The notes beneath the pieces are model-generated. The model saw only the letters and a program-made list of their open reading frames with translations. It had not been told where the DNA came from and did no database searches. The translations under genes were made by a program, and so were the position numbers. DNA of 63,422 nt, the filler included, from Olpidium bornovanus S191 (taxonomy: Eukaryota; Fungi; Olpidiomycota): NCBI GenBank assembly GCA_017911155.1. It is 29 parts of 29 records of this genome, joined end to end, with 100 filler letters (N's around TTAATTAATTAA, not from the genome) between each part and the next. Parts side by side here need not be neighbours in the genome. Positions count along the whole stretch, not along the records: positions 60,132 to 61,318 come from JAEFCI010001865.1; positions 61,419 to 63,422 come from JAEFCI010006842.1; 27 more parts are not named here. One strand, given 5' to 3'. This document shows positions 60,239 through 63,422 of this stretch, one piece after another; position 1 is the stretch's first letter; the number at the start of each line of letters is the position of its first letter.

Positions 60239-61161
60239 TGGTGTACTCGCAACCTAAGGACTCCTTCCTCGGCGGGCAGCACACGCTGAGCAAATATCTG
60301 GAAATACAGACATGGCTCAAGGTGCCCTAAAGACTTCAGGGTCTCGTTGGGGGCCCCAGCCGTCTGTTTTGTCCTTAGACTGAGCCTCGCTGGGCGTTCT
60401 TGGCGTTTGCGGGCGGCGGGGGAAAAAACGAACGAACGAAAAACGAAAAAAAAAACACTGCGCAGGAGCGCGACGTTCCTCAGACTCTCGAAGACATCGA
60501 ACGAGGCTGTTCAGTCGACGTCAGCGGCAACAACGAGCTTCTTTCGCAGCTGCAATCCAATCCTCGGGTGGAGTACGATCCGGCGAACAAGACGTACCGG
60601 TACAAGGTACCCGAAAGCAAAGAGAAGAAGCACGGGGCTGCTGCGCGGGGTGTCCCCGCCGTTTTCCTCGAGAATTTTTTTTGTACATCATCCGAAACGG
60701 CCCTTCCCGCCCCCCCCCCCCCCCTCCCTTCCCCCACCAACCCCCACCGTTTCTGCGTTCTAGCACGCGTTCAACATCAGAACGAGAGAAGATCTTCTTG
60801 CGTACGTCGCGGCCCACCGAGACGAAGGTGTTTTGCTGGAGAAGCTGAAGGATTCTTTTGTGGGAGACAAAATGGAGGAGGTCGTGGAGGTGAAGCGCGC
60901 CATCAAAATTTCTTGTCAACGTGCTTCACGGGGCTTATGATTGCAGCGCGGCGGCAGTGCGTTGTGCGTGCTTACATCCTTGTTTCCTTTTCCCCTGCCC
61001 ACCCCCCCCTCCCCACGGCCCCCCCCCTTCACCCCGGTTTGCCTCGGGCTGCGAGTAGAATCTGGTTAGCACTGGCGAGGTGCTTGTAATTCGGAAAAAG
61101 AACATGACGCCCATTGTCGTATATTACAATGACAAGATTCACAACATGGCGATGGATAAGC
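60239..61161 (+). CDS. TFA2: Transcription factor IIE beta subunit (partial)
   Basis: VYSQPKDSFLGGQHTLSKYLEIQTWLK | ERDVPQTLEDI...LQSNPRVEYDPANKTYRYK | HAFNIRTREDLLAYV...GVLLEKLKDSF | EVLVIRKKNMTPIVVYYND, matching Tfa2/GTF2E2 winged-helix segments. Confidence 0.88.
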
Positions 61162-61244
61162 GTAAGCCTTCGGGAGAAATTTTGACGTCAAGGTCACGGC
61201 AGTTAGTCCTAACGAGCGGAAGCGTTCCACCTCCACCTTTTCCC

Positions 61245-61283
<39 letters not shown>

Positions 61284-62056
61284 CACACCCCCCCCCCCCC
61301 CCCCCCCCCCGCCGCGCANNNNNNNNNNNNNNNNNNNNNNNNNNNNNNNNNNNNNNNNNNNNTTAATTAATTAANNNNNNNNNNNNNNNNNNNNNNNNNN
61401 NNNNNNNNNNNNNNNNNNCATGTGTTTTGATTTCCTGCTACGGTGGCATCGCTCGGATGCAATTTCCACAACACCAAAGGCTGTCATTGGATCGTCGCCC
61501 GTCACGCCTGCGAACAGTTGGCTGAGAAGGGGCAATTCCCGACCAGTTTCGGAAGTCGCCGTTACTTTCAGTAGGCGAAGGCGTGATGACGCTTTGCCTG
61601 CCGCGATGGTGTCGCCGCAAAAGCACAGCCTGACCAAGTTTGATCTCCTGTCCCAATACGCCCGATCCGAGTCAGACCAGACGGCCCTGCGACGTTCCTA
61701 TTCCATAACCCAAATGCGGCGGATTTTAACTCGACCCACGAGCAGCCGTGTCCGGGACCGTTTGCCAGGAGAAAGGCTCTTCGTCGTTACCGACCTTCTC
61801 AGGTGCGCCGCCGCATGTCGGGTTAGCAACCGGAACGCGGAGGCTGCTCTGGGGCACCGGCAGCAGATGAAAGCAAAAACCAAAAAAAAAAAAAAAAAAA
61901 AAAAACGAACGGGTAAAATACTGTTGCGTCCCGCAATAACTGTGGTTACCTGAATTTAATAGGGGGTACCGGGACTTTGTGGTTCGAAACGTCGGAGGAG
62001 CAGTAGATACAGGGGGTGAAAGGCGAGAAAACCGAGCCCTGTGCCTGTTGCCTATC

Positions 62057-63167
62057 TTAGATTTCTTTGCTGCTGACGATCTGCACGGGATGCGGACCTC
62101 CAGGTGGTGCTGTGGCATCGCCCTCCATCACCACTGTCTTCATGGCGGAGAGGTGGGATTTCGCGGCCTGGTAGGCCACTACCGCCGGCGGCAGTTCGTA
62201 GTTGTCCGCGCTGGCCTTGGCGGCCGGCCCCAACAACCTGTCGGGCATCGCCTTCTCTTCCATGAGTCTCCAGCCTGGGAACGGGAAACAGAAGGATGCG
62301 TGAGAAAAAGTGGACGCTTGGATCTCAGGAAAAAAGGGGACGGGGCACTTACTGTCTTGGAAATACAGCTCGCGGGCGTAGGCAATCGTCAAGTTCAGAT
62401 GTAACGCTATGGTCAAGTGGAAAAAGCTGAATTTGAACTGCGGGAGTAGCACCTGCAACACGGCGGCGTTGGCCGGTAGGAGCGTCAGCGTAAGTAGAAC
62501 CTGTGTTCGAAACCGGCAGCCCTGGTGGAAACTCGGAAGTTAGCAATCAACACTCGAGCTGACGCTGTGGCATGGTATAAAGGCGGACACATTACTCCCA
62601 CCCAACCTTTGTAGAGCCCACGGCCGACAGCAGAAAGAAGACCGTCATAATGTATTCGTGCTTTTGGGAAATTAATTATAACTGTTTACCGGAATTAAAC
62701 AGGGCGGGCGAGGCCTCCGGCGGAACATTAATCTTACGCACCTCTAGAGAAAAGGGGGCGTAAGTGGCGCAGGATCATGACATTCGGCGCGACTGGCGTT
62801 CTTCCTGCTTACCCACGGGTTCCAAGACCTTCTCGTCGTCCGGCAGCCGGGATACGTCCACGTGAAGGCGCCAGATGTAGGCGGAGTTCAACAACACGAC
62901 GAACATCGCCATTAGGAGTTGGAACCTTTTATCTGACCGAGCTTTCCACAACGCGGTGGCGAACGAGACGAGGATGGTGAAAGCTATGAACAACATCAAC
63001 TCGAGCATGGTGAGGTGACTTTCGTGCACAAAGGCGAATCCGCCGATGGCCACGTCCACCGCGACCAGCCGTATGATCGAGATCCAATCGCCGCAGCATA
63101 CTCGGTCGCAATGCCTTAGGTACTGCTTCCACGTGGAGTCGTCGACGCTCGGATCCCAGAGCGACAC
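62057..63167 (-). CDS. Multi-pass membrane protein fragment
   Basis: Several hydrophobic helices (IIRLVAVDVAIGGFAFV, LMLFIAFTILVSFATALW, FQLLMAMFVVLLNSAYIW, VLLTLTLLPANAAVLQVLL, FFHLTIALHLNLTIAYARELYFQD) followed by RLMEEKAMPDRLL. Identity uncertain. Confidence 0.45.
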
Positions 63168-63422
63168 GAAGCAGACAAACCGTTGATAGAACGAAACCGG
63201 ACCGCACGCTTTCGTCGAATCCCCTTGTACTTCGGACTTGACTACAAGGTCGGGCGGCGGGCAGCGCCGGCTTTGGCTTCGGCTATGGCGAAGCCTGAAT
63301 ACATGCCATTTAATGGGCGGCGGAGATGCAGAGAGCGAGGATCACGTGAACGCAGAGCCTTACCAAAAGCTCTCGCGCTCGAAAACGTCCCGAGTTATCT
63401 GGAATTTTTATGGGAACATTTA

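Noticed and set aside
1-63422. Gene clustering, e.g. flagellar genes or two ALDHs near each other, read as a functional cluster
   Set aside because: The genes lie on separate contigs joined arbitrarily, so adjacency across spacers carries no information.

Overview
This window is not contiguous DNA. It is 29 short contigs (about 1-10 kb each) joined by 28 identical 100-bp spacers (44 N + TTAATTAATTAA + 44 N), so neighbourhood across spacers has no biological meaning. The DNA is GC-rich and intron-rich eukaryotic sequence (GTGCGT/GTACGT/GTGAGT...AG introns). It carries both flagellar genes (RSPH1, CCDC81, CFAP298) and fungal-type genes, which points to a zoosporic early-diverging fungus (Olpidium-like; inference). 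Recognisable genes, mostly truncated by contig ends: YdfG-like SDR, RSPH1, RAD2/XPG, CCDC81, O-fucosyltransferase-like protein, CFAP298 (frameshifted), FAM192A/PSME3IP1, tandem-PAS protein, Set9, GT31+GT34 glycosyltransferase, plant-type ALDH12, AP-3 delta, ribophorin I, a large multi-Ig/ASH-like protein, SSADH, CCT8 and TFIIE-beta. There are also Ty1/copia remnants. The strongest hunt result is a 365-bp miniature LTR retroelement (47369-47733). Each of its LTRs carries a tRNA-like cloverleaf with Pol III A/B boxes and a TTTT run, and the 100-bp interior holds only a half-tRNA-iMet primer-binding site and a polypurine tract (Helenus/Cassandra-like TRIM). It sits inside a 3.3-kb composite satellite with inverted arms. 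Also notable: a plant/protist-type ALDH12 in an apparently fungal genome, a doubly frameshifted CFAP298, and strong CATG enrichment at contig ends. Exon coordinates and identity counts were made by hand and no database searches were run.
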